From: an uncultured Chloroflexia bacterium
Lineage (GTDB): Bacteria; Chloroflexota; Anaerolineae; JAAYZQ01
Length of the DNA stretch: 64,000 nt
Direction of reading: 5' to 3'
Assembly: GCA_963700285.1 (NCBI GenBank)
Contig: CAVOXA010000001.1
Span: 672,001 to 736,000, forward strand
Shown here: piece after piece, positions 8,312-17,075 of the stretch
How positions within the stretch are numbered: position 1 is the stretch's first letter
How the letters are laid out: the number at the start of each line of letters is the position of its first letter
Notes under the pieces: model-generated
Told to the model about the DNA's origin: nothing
The model's database searches: none
What the model saw: only the letters and a program-made list of their open reading frames with translations
Position numbers and translations under genes: made by a program

Positions 8312-10210
8312 CTACATGGCAAGGGGCATCTTCGGGTGGCTCTTTTTTTGGTTTTTTGGGGACGTGCGCTCATACTGAGCGATGTCGAGTGATTCGAGCT
8401 TTTCTTGGGTCGGTATGCCATTGGCATCCCAGCCCCGCTCCACATAATAGTCGTCCAGTACGCGATCCAGCTCAAAAACCTCCCCCTGAATGGGGCCGGC
8501 AGGCATGGGTTCGAACATACGTGGTGCCAGGGTATCATCGGCACGGGTGAAGCCAGCCTTGGTCAGGAAGAGTCGCTCCAGAGTATAGACCCGGTCGGCC
8601 GCCTCCAGCAGGCTCTCTGGAGTATAGCCAGCACCGGTAGCTTGGTTGACCATCTCGGTCAGACGAGTAGGTGCGTACCTGTTCGCCGTGTCCAGCGTGT
8701 ACCGGATGGCGACAAAGACGCACAGCCCCGCGGCATCGATGATGGCGAAAAGATCCTGGAAGTACTTGACCAGTGCCGCCTTGCCCTCGTAGGCCAGGCC
8801 ATCGATCTTTTCTCCGACGCCAAAAAGCTCCATGTACGCAGTATCTCCGGCCATGTGTGAAGCGCCGATGTTGGAGGTTGCGTACAGAAGGCCCATGCCC
8901 TTGAGCCCGCGGGCGTCGTAACTGGGGAACTCGAGCTTTTTGGCTGTCATTGACATCTCTGGGTGGCCGTATTTGTGCGCCAGACGCCAACTGCCTTCCG
9001 CGATGTCACTGCCAAACCCTTCCCGCGTCGCTGTGCGACGGATCATATCGAGCAGGCCCTCGGCATCGCCAAAGGGCAGGGGTCGTCCGACCTGCTTCTC
9101 CGTTAGAATGCCCTTGCTGTACATCTCCATGGCACAGGCGACCGTCAGTCCAGTGGATATGGTGTCCAAGCCCAGCTCATTGCAGAGGTAGTTGGCCTTG
9201 GTGATGGCGGCCAAGCTGTCGATGCCACATGCGCTGCCCAGAGAGCCGATACTCTCGTATTCAGGCCCCTCACCTCGTCCGGCAAACTGCTCGCCCCATT
9301 CTTCGGCTCTGACCTCGGTCAGACGGGCGCAGGCCAGGGGACAGGAGTAGCAGCCGCTATGCCGGATCAAAAAGTTATCCTTGAGGAACGGGCCGTTGAT
9401 CCTGGGCGTGCCCTCGAACTGGCCAAGCTGGAAGTTGAAGGTGGGGAAAACTCCCGCTTCATGGGTTACGTCGGGCACGTAGGATGTGCCATAGATGCGC
9501 ATCGTCGCACCCTGTTTGATGTCAGCTGCCAGCTGCTGGTTGGATTCTCGTACCACGGAACGTAGGGCCTTGGCGTCATACAGCTTGGGCTTTAGACCGC
9601 CTCGTACAGCCACGGCCTTGAGTTTCTTGGCGCCCATCACGGCCCCTACCCCAGAACGAGCAGCTGCCCGGTGCTTGTCGTTGATAATTGCGGCAATGAG
9701 CGCCAGGTTTTCGCCCGCAGGACCGATGCAGGCCACGCTGGCGTCGTTGCTGGTCTCGGCTCGAACGGCATCGTCGGTTTGGTGGGTATCCAGCCCCCAC
9801 AGGTGGGCCGCCTCGCGCAGTTCAGCCCGCCGTTCATCGACGTAGAGATAGACGGGCTTATCAGCCTTCCCCTCAAAGATAAAGAGGTCATAGCCCGAGC
9901 GCTTCATCATCGTAGGGAAGGTGCCGCCCGAGTTCGAGTTGGACAGCGCGCCGGTGAGCGGTGACTTGGTGACTACCATGTAGCGGTTGCCGGTCGGTGC
10001 CGGGGTGGAAGTCAGTGGCCCGGTGGCCATGATGAGCAGGTTCGAGGGCGACAGGGGATCGGCCTGGGGATCCATGCCCTCAAGCAGGTACTTGATCGCC
10101 AGACCACGCCCGCCGATGTATTTTTGGGCTTCAGCCTCAGGAATAATCTCCTCGCGGATGGTGCAATCGGAAAGGTTAATGCGCAGCAGTCTTCCGTGCC
10201 AACCGTACAT
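8312..10210 (-). CDS. aor: Tungsten-dependent aldehyde:ferredoxin oxidoreductase family
   Basis: IGGRGL, KSPLTG, IGPAGEN, GAVMGAKKLKA, CYSCPLAC, GPEYES, CNELGLDTIS, DAAGLC. Confidence 0.95.
   Translation of the reverse strand: MYGWHGRLLRINLSDCTIREEIIPEAEAQKYIGGRGLAIKYLLEGMDPQADPLSPSNLLIMATGPLTSTPAPTGNRYMVVTKSPLTGALSNSNSGGTFPTMMKRSGYDLFIFEGKADKPVYLYVDERRAELREAAHLWGLDTHQTDDAVRAETSNDASVACIGPAGENLALIAAIINDKHRAAARSGVGAVMGAKKLKAVAVRGGLKPKLYDAKALRSVVRESNQQLAADIKQGATMRIYGTSYVPDVTHEAGVFPTFNFQLGQFEGTPRINGPFLKDNFLIRHSGCYSCPLACARLTEVRAEEWGEQFAGRGEGPEYESIGSLGSACGIDSLAAITKANYLCNELGLDTISTGLTVACAMEMYSKGILTEKQVGRPLPFGDAEGLLDMIRRTATREGFGSDIAEGSWRLAHKYGHPEMSMTAKKLEFPSYDARGLKGMGLLYATSNIGASHMAGDTAYMELFGVGEKIDGLAYEGKAALVKYFQDLFAIIDAAGLCVFVAIRYTLDTANRYAPTRLTEMVNQATGAGYTPESLLEAADRVYTLERLFLTKAGFTRADDTLAPRMFEPMPAGPIQGEVFELDRVLDDYYVERGWDANGIPTQEKLESLDIAQYERTSPKNQKKSHPKMPLAM
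8323..8349 (+). terminator. Probable intrinsic terminator after fabF, overlapping the 3' end of aor
   Basis: Imperfect stem GGGGCATC-TTCG-GGTGGCTC followed by T7. Confidence 0.5.
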
Positions 10211-10243
10211 GAGTGTCGCCTCCTCTTGATTTTTCGTCTGTTC

Positions 10244-10486
10244 CTAGCCCCCGCCTACGGCGGGAAAGACAGCCAAAATGTCGCCCTCGTTCAGAACTTG
10301 ATCCCACTGCGCGTGACTGCCGTTGAGCAGGAAGGTGAAGGCATCATCCACCGGGATCGGCAGCTCGGCCAGGATGTCGCCTACCTTGTAGCCGAGTGGG
10401 ACGTCGTAGCCATAGCCTGCCTGAAGGTCGTGGTCCTGAGGCAGATAGCGGCGATAGCCAGCCAACAAGCGGACAGTAATTTGCAT
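10244..10486 (-). CDS. MoaD/ThiS-family sulfur carrier protein
   Basis: 80-aa ubiquitin-like protein ending FPAVGGG; directly upstream of aor. Confidence 0.9.
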   Translation of the reverse strand: MQITVRLLAGYRRYLPQDHDLQAGYGYDVPLGYKVGDILAELPIPVDDAFTFLLNGSHAQWDQVLNEGDILAVFPAVGGG

Positions 10487-10493
10487 CGCGCCC

Positions 10494-11267
10494 TCAAAGC
10501 TGCAACTGCTGATAGCCGCTCTCAGCCAACGGTTCGATGCACCGGGGGTCGTCGTTGCCGGGGCGATTGACGAGATGGCTCACGGGGAAAGCCTCCATCT
10601 CCTCAGGTGGATAGGCGCGCAGGAGGGACTGGAGCTGCTCTGTGTCCTGGACCCTGGGATCGAGCCAAAGATCGTAATCTCGGGGATGCAGGATCACGGG
10701 CATGCGGTTGTGCAGGGGACGGAGTAGGTCGTTGGGCTCGGTAGTCAGCAGGGTACAGGACTCGATGATCGTACCCTTTCCGGAGGGATCCGAAGGGTTG
10801 TCAGCTCCACTCCAGTACTCCCACAGCCCGGCAAAGGCAAAGGGCCGCCCGTTGTGGAGACGGATGTAGAAAGGTTGCTTGCCTTGCTCGACCTGCTGCC
10901 ACTCGTAGAAGCCATCTGCCACGATGAGGCAGCGCCGTCGCCGGAAGGCGGCCCGAAACGCAGGCTTCTCAGCTACAGTCTCGGAGCGGGCATTGATCAT
11001 GCGCGCTCCGACTTTGGGGTCCTTGGCCCAGAAGGGGATCAGGCCCCAATGTAGCAGGGCCAACTCGCGAACCATATGGTCAGTTCCAAAAGACGCGTCT
11101 TCTTCAAATGACCATGTGTCTCCCTCCGCAGGCGGTACCACGCGTATCGCCGCCACCGGTTGGGTTGGGGCGATGTTGTAACGCGGCTTCATGTCTGGGA
11201 TCTCGGGCAGGTTGAACTGTATGGCCAGATCTTGTTCTGGGTCGGTTAGAGTGAATCGTCCACACAT
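10494..11267 (-). CDS. SOS response-associated peptidase (SRAP/HMCES, YedK-like)
   Basis: N-terminal MCGRF, YNIAPTQ, WGLIP, INARSET, GFYEW, HNRMPVIL. Confidence 0.95.
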   Translation of the reverse strand: MCGRFTLTDPEQDLAIQFNLPEIPDMKPRYNIAPTQPVAAIRVVPPAEGDTWSFEEDASFGTDHMVRELALLHWGLIPFWAKDPKVGARMINARSETVAEKPAFRAAFRRRRCLIVADGFYEWQQVEQGKQPFYIRLHNGRPFAFAGLWEYWSGADNPSDPSGKGTIIESCTLLTTEPNDLLRPLHNRMPVILHPRDYDLWLDPRVQDTEQLQSLLRAYPPEEMEAFPVSHLVNRPGNDDPRCIEPLAESGYQQLQL

Positions 11268-11375
11268 GCTTGTCTCACTTCCTTCCGGAGGACCCACGAC
11301 GGGGTCGCACAAATCACAGGTATTCCAGACCGGGTATCACGGCGAACCCGTCTGCCGCCCATGGTTACAGAGCAT

Positions 11376-11404
11376 AGTATGGCACAATCTGGCTGCAAAG
11401 TCAA
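11376..11404 (-). promoter_or_regulatory. sigma70-type promoter of the SRAP gene
   Basis: TTGACT-17bp-CATACT. Confidence 0.5.
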
Positions 11405-11610
11405 GGCAAACCCGTGGGGGCAAGGCGTGTGCTGCCCTGGAGGAATGCCCCTTGTCTTCACGGGGTTCAGCGCTTTGTTCGAACGGGAGGCCCACTGGAT
11501 CGCATTGGTGGCGTCCCGATGAGCCATTTAGGCACAGCGGTTCTGTTCAACGACCTGACCATGCAGGTGGTACAAAATAGAGCAATCGCTCGAAGCAGGT
11601 GGTGTCCAGC

Positions 11611-13164
11611 TCAGTGGCTTTTGGTCATGGCTGACCGGATCAGTTCCTGCTTGAGATCCCACAGACTTTGGGTCAGTGAGACATGGTAGACGTGGGGGTT
11701 CATGAGACGGCGGACGCCTGGGTCAAGCCGATGTACGTCGGCCTGGCGTCCCCGGCGCATCTGCTCGATGGTAGGCAGATCGTAGACGAGCTTACCCTCC
11801 TGCAGGACATCTACAAGGAGCGGTTCGATCTCTGCGACCTCCTCCTGCGTCAAGCATCGGTACTTGGCATGGTTCGAAGGGTGGTGCAGGGTGATCTGTT
11901 CCATCTTCCGGGGGTCCTCGTTATCGAGGCTCAGCAGGTCAGCCGTAGCCTTGCCGCGCCGGTCGTACACCCGCCAGATGTGCTTTTGCCCGGGGTTGGG
12001 GGTCTTGGCCGAAGACTCGGATACCTTGATTGCCGGTAACCATGTTCCCGAGTCGCGTACGGCAACCAGTTTGTAGACGCCGCCCAGCGCCGGCTCGCCC
12101 CAAGATGTGATGAGCCGCGTTCCCACGCCGTACACCAGGCGTTCAATCAGATGGTCGGGATCCACGTCGTAGCGAGGCGCCTCGTGGCTGATCTGGGTGA
12201 TGATCTGGAGGATGACCAGCTCGTCCAGGTTGTTAGAAAGAACAATCGCGACTTTTGGGAAGCCCGCGCTATTCAACATCTTTGCCACTTGGATGCTCAG
12301 ATAGGCCAGGTCACCGGAGTCGAGGCGGATGCCCACCGGCTCGTGGCCCTGGCGTCGCAGCTCTTCAAAAACCTGGATGGCATTGGGCACGCCACTCTCC
12401 AGGGTATCAATCGTATCCACAAGCAGCAGGCAGTCGTCGGGATACACGCCAGCGTAGGCGCGAAATGAATCCAATTCGCTCATGCCCAGGCTCATGAACA
12501 CCTGGACCATGCTGTGGGCATGGGTTCCCTGGGGCATATAGCCCAGTACGTGGGAAAGACCCACGTTGGAGCTAAAGTCTGCTCCACCGATGAGGGCGGC
12601 TCGCGCCCCGGCATTGGCTCCTCTCGCGTGCCCCCGGCGCAACCCGAACTCCAGCATCAAACGCTGCCGACCGCTTTCACGAATGCGCGTTGCTTTGGTG
12701 GCGATGAGGGTCTGGTAGTTGAGGTGGTTCAGGAGCGAGGTCTCCAGGATCTGAGCCATGGCCAGGGAGCCCTGGACTATGGTCAGCGGTACGTTGGCGT
12801 GGACCACGCGGCCTTCGGGGACGGCGCGCATTGTGACGGACTCGAATGTGCCGTTCTTGCGCAGCCAGTTCAGGAAATCGCTGGCAAAGACCCGCTTGCC
12901 GCTTCGACCTTTCTGGCTGCGCAGGTAGTCGATGTCCTGGGCGCGAAAGTGGGCCCTCTGCATCCAATCCAGGAGCCACTCCAGGCCTGCGTTGATGCAG
13001 TAGCCCGCCTTGTGTGCTCCATAGTCGGGATAGCGCCGGAAAAAGTGGTCAAACTGTGCTTGTTTCTCGTGCAGCCCTGTCCTGTAGTAGAGCTGGGCCA
13101 TGGTGAGCTGGTACTGGTCAGTGAAGAGGATGCCCTCGACTGTCTTGCGGTCCGATTCTCTCAT
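11611..13164 (-). CDS. pncB: Nicotinate phosphoribosyltransferase
   Basis: [40 protein letters not shown]. Confidence 0.95.
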   Translation of the reverse strand: MRESDRKTVEGILFTDQYQLTMAQLYYRTGLHEKQAQFDHFFRRYPDYGAHKAGYCINAGLEWLLDWMQRAHFRAQDIDYLRSQKGRSGKRVFASDFLNWLRKNGTFESVTMRAVPEGRVVHANVPLTIVQGSLAMAQILETSLLNHLNYQTLIATKATRIRESGRQRLMLEFGLRRGHARGANAGARAALIGGADFSSNVGLSHVLGYMPQGTHAHSMVQVFMSLGMSELDSFRAYAGVYPDDCLLLVDTIDTLESGVPNAIQVFEELRRQGHEPVGIRLDSGDLAYLSIQVAKMLNSAGFPKVAIVLSNNLDELVILQIITQISHEAPRYDVDPDHLIERLVYGVGTRLITSWGEPALGGVYKLVAVRDSGTWLPAIKVSESSAKTPNPGQKHIWRVYDRRGKATADLLSLDNEDPRKMEQITLHHPSNHAKYRCLTQEEVAEIEPLLVDVLQEGKLVYDLPTIEQMRRGRQADVHRLDPGVRRLMNPHVYHVSLTQSLWDLKQELIRSAMTKSH

Positions 13165-13232
13165 GGCTGGCTCTCCTGCGGTAGCCGACTGTCCACCACA
13201 AACAGGGCGCGTGTTTGGGTGTCTGCTACGTG

Positions 13233-13589
13233 CTACTCGCTGTCTGCCCTGGCGCGCAAAAGGTCGATGGTCTCAAAGGCATGGCGCAGGTGGGGAATAA
13301 CAATGCTTCCGCCAACCACCAGCGCCACGTTGAGGGCTTCGTACAGCTCTTCATCGGAAAAACCAGCGTCAACGCATTCGATGAGGTGATAGTCGATGCA
13401 ATCATCACAGCGCAGCACGGCCGAGGCCACCAGGCCCAATAACTCCTTGGTTCTGCCGGTCAGTGCGCCATCCTTGTAGGCGTTGGTGTCCAGGTTGAAG
13501 AAACGCTTAATGCCCAGGTGACCGGCTGTTAATATGCGCTCGTTCATCCGTCTGCGATAGGCTTGAAAGTCGTCAATGCGTGTGGTCAC
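13233..13589 (-). CDS. Carboxymuconolactone decarboxylase/AhpD-like protein
   Basis: [19 protein letters not shown] (CxxC); GTG start after GGGAG. Confidence 0.88.
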   Translation of the reverse strand: MTTRIDDFQAYRRRMNERILTAGHLGIKRFFNLDTNAYKDGALTGRTKELLGLVASAVLRCDDCIDYHLIECVDAGFSDEELYEALNVALVVGGSIVIPHLRHAFETIDLLRARADSE

Positions 13590-13699
13590 GGTAGCCCTCT
13601 CCCAATAGGTTGTATTCCTTGCTGACGGGCGTCGAACTCGATACGTATTGTGCGATGCGTACCCGCGCAATGCACACTTTACGTACTATGAGTCACGAA

Positions 13700-14452
13700 T
13701 CAAGCTTCTTGGACTCTGTCCAGCGGGCAAGTTGGCGGCATAGCGCGCTTGTGGGCTGAGGTGGCGATCATGTGCTGGACCCTGTTCAGAAGTGTGGGGT
13801 CCAGGTCGCTGATTTCATGCGCCTCGATGGCGGCCAAGCTTCGGTCTAGGTCATCATAGGTGAGGCCCATTTCAGCCTCATCGGTCTGACCTGCCCATAG
13901 CCCAGCTGTGGGCGGTCGCTCGATGATGGGCTGGGGGACCCCAAGATATCGGGCTAACAGGCGCACTTGCCACTTGTACAGCTTACCTAGGGGCTCCAGG
14001 TCGACCCCGCCGTCGCCGTATTTTGTAAAGTAGCCAATCTGGAGTTCGCTCTTGTTTCCTGTGCCGGCTACCAGGTAGCCGCGCGTCTGCCCTAGGGCAT
14101 ACAATGTCGCCATTCGCAGCCGGGGCTTGATATTTGCCTGGGCCATATCCGTTACTCCGGGTGGCAGCGCGACCAGCAAGGCTTCGTAGGGCGCAGTCAG
14201 GTCCACTGTAACGGTCTTCAAGTGGAGGGCATCGGCCACCAGATGTGCCATCTCGCTGTCCTCTGGCGCGCTGTTACAGGGCATCAGGACGCCCAGCACG
14301 CCATCGCCCATGGCCCTTTGGCACAAGGCGGCTGTGACGGCGGAATCGATCCCGCCGCTCAAGCCGACGACGTAACCCTCCGCGCCGCTATTCTGGGCAT
14401 AGGTGCGCAACCACGTTGTGATCTCATCAGCTACTCTGCTCATGTCGTTCAT
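13700..14452 (-). CDS. nadE: NH3-dependent NAD+ synthetase
   Basis: GLSGGIDS, NIKPRLRM, GTGNKSE, GYFTKYGDG, GQTDE. Confidence 0.95.
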   Translation of the reverse strand: MNDMSRVADEITTWLRTYAQNSGAEGYVVGLSGGIDSAVTAALCQRAMGDGVLGVLMPCNSAPEDSEMAHLVADALHLKTVTVDLTAPYEALLVALPPGVTDMAQANIKPRLRMATLYALGQTRGYLVAGTGNKSELQIGYFTKYGDGGVDLEPLGKLYKWQVRLLARYLGVPQPIIERPPTAGLWAGQTDEAEMGLTYDDLDRSLAAIEAHEISDLDPTLLNRVQHMIATSAHKRAMPPTCPLDRVQEA

Positions 14453-14484
14453 CGCATCCCACCTTTTCTACGATTTCCACGGTG

Positions 14485-15927
14485 TTACAATGTTCTGATA
14501 AAAGCTTCTCCGCAGGCCATCAAATCTGCATAATCCTCAGGCGGAGTAAGTCTAGTCAGTAGTTGGCCAGTATGGCGGCCCAGAACCTCGCCCGCTAGCG
14601 GAGAACCCTGATCAAGCCATTCTTCCAAGACCAAGTGGGGCAAGATGTCGCTGCGAAAGTGAGCGGTTCGAAAGAGCTTCAGCGTCTGTTGTGAGGTCAG
14701 AAAATCCCCACCAGGTCCTGCTTGAGCGATCTCGTCCAGCTTTACCGAGCTATCGTCCAGGGCGAAGCCTTGAGCAAAGAGTCGGGCCTGCTGGATGACG
14801 TCATTGGCATAGACGGCAATGGCAGGTGAAAAGGCCAGAGAGCCCAGATTGTCGCCGACAAAGGGGGCCAGTCCAACCTTGCTCATGCAGCTTAGTAGGT
14901 GGTTCATCCATTGGTGGCCGGCGGCGATGATGTCGGCTCCCCAGCCCAGACCGCTCCCTGAGGTGCCGCAATGGGGCAGGCCATAGTGGGACATCATCTC
15001 CGCGCAGGCCAGGCCAACCAGGTAGCTTCTTGGAGCGTAAAAGCTGCCAATCCCCTTCATGTCAAAGAAGGCTGGAAGGCTGCCCAGGATGATGGGCGTA
15101 CCCTCTAGCATCAGTTGACTGAGGGTCAACCCTGCCAGCAACTCGGCGTTCAGGAGGGCGAGCGCGCCTCCGGGAGTGATCGGCGTCGTCGCGCCGGCCA
15201 TCCCATAGTTGGAATAGATAAAGGGCAGGCCCCGCTCTGTGGCCAGCCACATCTTGTCGACCGTGCCTTTGTTGATCACCAGGGGGCTGATGGGGTTGAA
15301 GTAGGGGATGGTGAACGGGTTCGAGGCCAAATCTCCGTGTAGCTGCTCCAAGAGATCCAGCACCGGTGCGAAAGCATTCTCGTCTGAGACCAAGATCACC
15401 AGTGGTTTTGTGGTGTTGGCTGTCATCTCCAAGGTGGCATACAGATCTGACTGGTTCGGCGGGACGTCCTGGATGATGCCCACGGTGGAGATGACGTCAA
15501 AGCTTGGCAAAATGCCTCCAAGCCGCACCGTGGACTCCATGTGCTGCCGGGTGAAGGGCATCACTGCCTCGGTTTCCGGGTCCTGGTAGTAGAGTGCGGT
15601 CACGCCGATGCCAAAACGAGCCTCCCCTGGCAGGCAAAAGGCCAGGTTCCCCCGCCGATCATAGATGTCGACGGCTGCAGGTGCCCTTTCCAGAGCCCAC
15701 TCTACCAGTTCGCGGGGGATACGGACGTATTCACCTGCAATGGCTGTGCTCCCGGCGGCCTGGCCAAAGAGCTGCCGGGCTCGTTCAGAGTCCATGCGGA
15801 CTCCAATGGAGGCAAGGATCTGCAGCGAATAGTCGTGAACCTGCTGCATCTGGTCTTTGTCCAAGATGGTGAGGTTGGGTCGGACCATCAAGGGGTTGCT
15901 GGCGCTAGGTCTGTCCATGGGTGACAA
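14485..15927 (-). CDS. Trimethylamine methyltransferase (MttB) superfamily, non-pyrrolysine type
   Basis: N-terminal 'VHDYSLQILASIGV...VRIPRELVEWAL' pattern, ISPL, AGATTP, GPGGDFL; continuous ORF with no internal amber codon. Confidence 0.85.
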   Translation of the reverse strand: MSPMDRPSASNPLMVRPNLTILDKDQMQQVHDYSLQILASIGVRMDSERARQLFGQAAGSTAIAGEYVRIPRELVEWALERAPAAVDIYDRRGNLAFCLPGEARFGIGVTALYYQDPETEAVMPFTRQHMESTVRLGGILPSFDVISTVGIIQDVPPNQSDLYATLEMTANTTKPLVILVSDENAFAPVLDLLEQLHGDLASNPFTIPYFNPISPLVINKGTVDKMWLATERGLPFIYSNYGMAGATTPITPGGALALLNAELLAGLTLSQLMLEGTPIILGSLPAFFDMKGIGSFYAPRSYLVGLACAEMMSHYGLPHCGTSGSGLGWGADIIAAGHQWMNHLLSCMSKVGLAPFVGDNLGSLAFSPAIAVYANDVIQQARLFAQGFALDDSSVKLDEIAQAGPGGDFLTSQQTLKLFRTAHFRSDILPHLVLEEWLDQGSPLAGEVLGRHTGQLLTRLTPPEDYADLMACGEAFIRTL

Positions 15928-16041
15928 GGTTCCTCCATTCTGTCGTTATGATGGGCGCGCCAGAGGGGCGCAGACCCAAGGCCAACTCAATGCCCGTGAG
16001 AAGTGGGTGAGAATCGGCCGAGTACGCGGGAACAGCAATGC

Positions 16042-16548
16042 TTAGATGCCTGTGATCTCGCTGCGGCGTTCCATCAGGATGACATCGCGCCAAACGCCAT
16101 GCATTTGGCCAATTCGGTGTCGACGCCCTACGAGTCGAAATCCACAGGTCATGTGCAGGGCGATGCTCGCCACGTTTTCGGGAAAGATCCCGGCCTGGAG
16201 CGTCCAAATGCCCTCGCGTTCCGAAGCCCGGATAAGGTTCTGTAGCAAGAGTGTACCCAAGCCCTGGCATCTCGCCGCCTCGGCCACATAGACGCTGACC
16301 TCGGCAACACCGCCATACACGCATCTGGTGGAGACACCGCTTAATGCCGCCCAGCCGGCGACCTCTCCTCCAGTCCTAGCCACCAGCCTGCAGGCTCGTA
16401 AGTGACTGCGGTCCCACTCTTTCCAATGAGGTACGTCAGTTTCAAAAGTGGCATGGCCGGTAGCGATGCCTTCCTTGTAGATGGCCTTGATCGCGTGCCA
16501 ATCCTCAACCCTCAACTCTGCAATGGTGACGCCCATGGTACTCCCCAT
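16042..16548 (-). CDS. GNAT N-acetyltransferase (Pat/MnaT/ArsN-like)
   Basis: IYKEGI..ATFET, EVSVYV, GLGTLL, FPENVASIALH, WRDV. Confidence 0.9.
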   Translation of the reverse strand: MGSTMGVTIAELRVEDWHAIKAIYKEGIATGHATFETDVPHWKEWDRSHLRACRLVARTGGEVAGWAALSGVSTRCVYGGVAEVSVYVAEAARCQGLGTLLLQNLIRASEREGIWTLQAGIFPENVASIALHMTCGFRLVGRRHRIGQMHGVWRDVILMERRSEITGI

Positions 16549-16580
16549 TCAATCGCCCGGCCGTCGGTTCGGGCGATTGG

Positions 16581-17075
16581 TCAGGCCCGAATACCGTACT
16601 CGGCCAGCGAATCATCCAGGAATCGCTGCCATACCGCGTTTGGATGCCAGATCCGGAGCAGATCCTTTTCGGCCGTTTCTTGGGACACGCCGAGCCAGAT
16701 GACGCGGTAGAGGTAGACGAAAACCGAGACCCGCATATTCATGACACAATGGACAAACACTCGCTTGCCACGGCACCTGGCCATCACGTCGAAGAACTGC
16801 TCAAGGTTCTGCGCCGTGGGGCGCTCCCATAGGACAGGGATGTGGACGTAGAGCATTCCCGCCCCGGCAACAAGCCGCTGCTCGTTGGGCAGCGCGTTGG
16901 AGGAATCGGGCATGGCCAGGTTCACGACGATGTCATAGCCTGCCGCTCTAACGTCGGCAAACTGGGAAGGTGCGGGCTGTCCCGCCGTGCCAATCGTATC
17001 TGAAATGGCGAGATAGTTGAGCACGTCCTCCAAGTCTGGTGATGGCATTGGCTGCCTCCTATCTTGATCCTCCAT
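16581..17075 (-). CDS. Tyrosine-phosphatase-like protein (DUF442/BLH-like)
   Basis: TAGQP, VVNL, YVHIPV, HCVMNMRVS (Cx5R-like loop). Confidence 0.8.
   Translation of the reverse strand: MEDQDRRQPMPSPDLEDVLNYLAISDTIGTAGQPAPSQFADVRAAGYDIVVNLAMPDSSNALPNEQRLVAGAGMLYVHIPVLWERPTAQNLEQFFDVMARCRGKRVFVHCVMNMRVSVFVYLYRVIWLGVSQETAEKDLLRIWHPNAVWQRFLDDSLAEYGIRA

Noticed and set aside
11400-11450. c-di-GMP-I riboswitch-like GGCAAACC
   Set aside because: No GNRA loop/GACGCAAAG partner motif; overlaps a minus-strand promoter
14485-15927. Pyrrolysine recoding in the MttB homologue
   Set aside because: ORF is full length with no internal TAG, and no pyl genes are present
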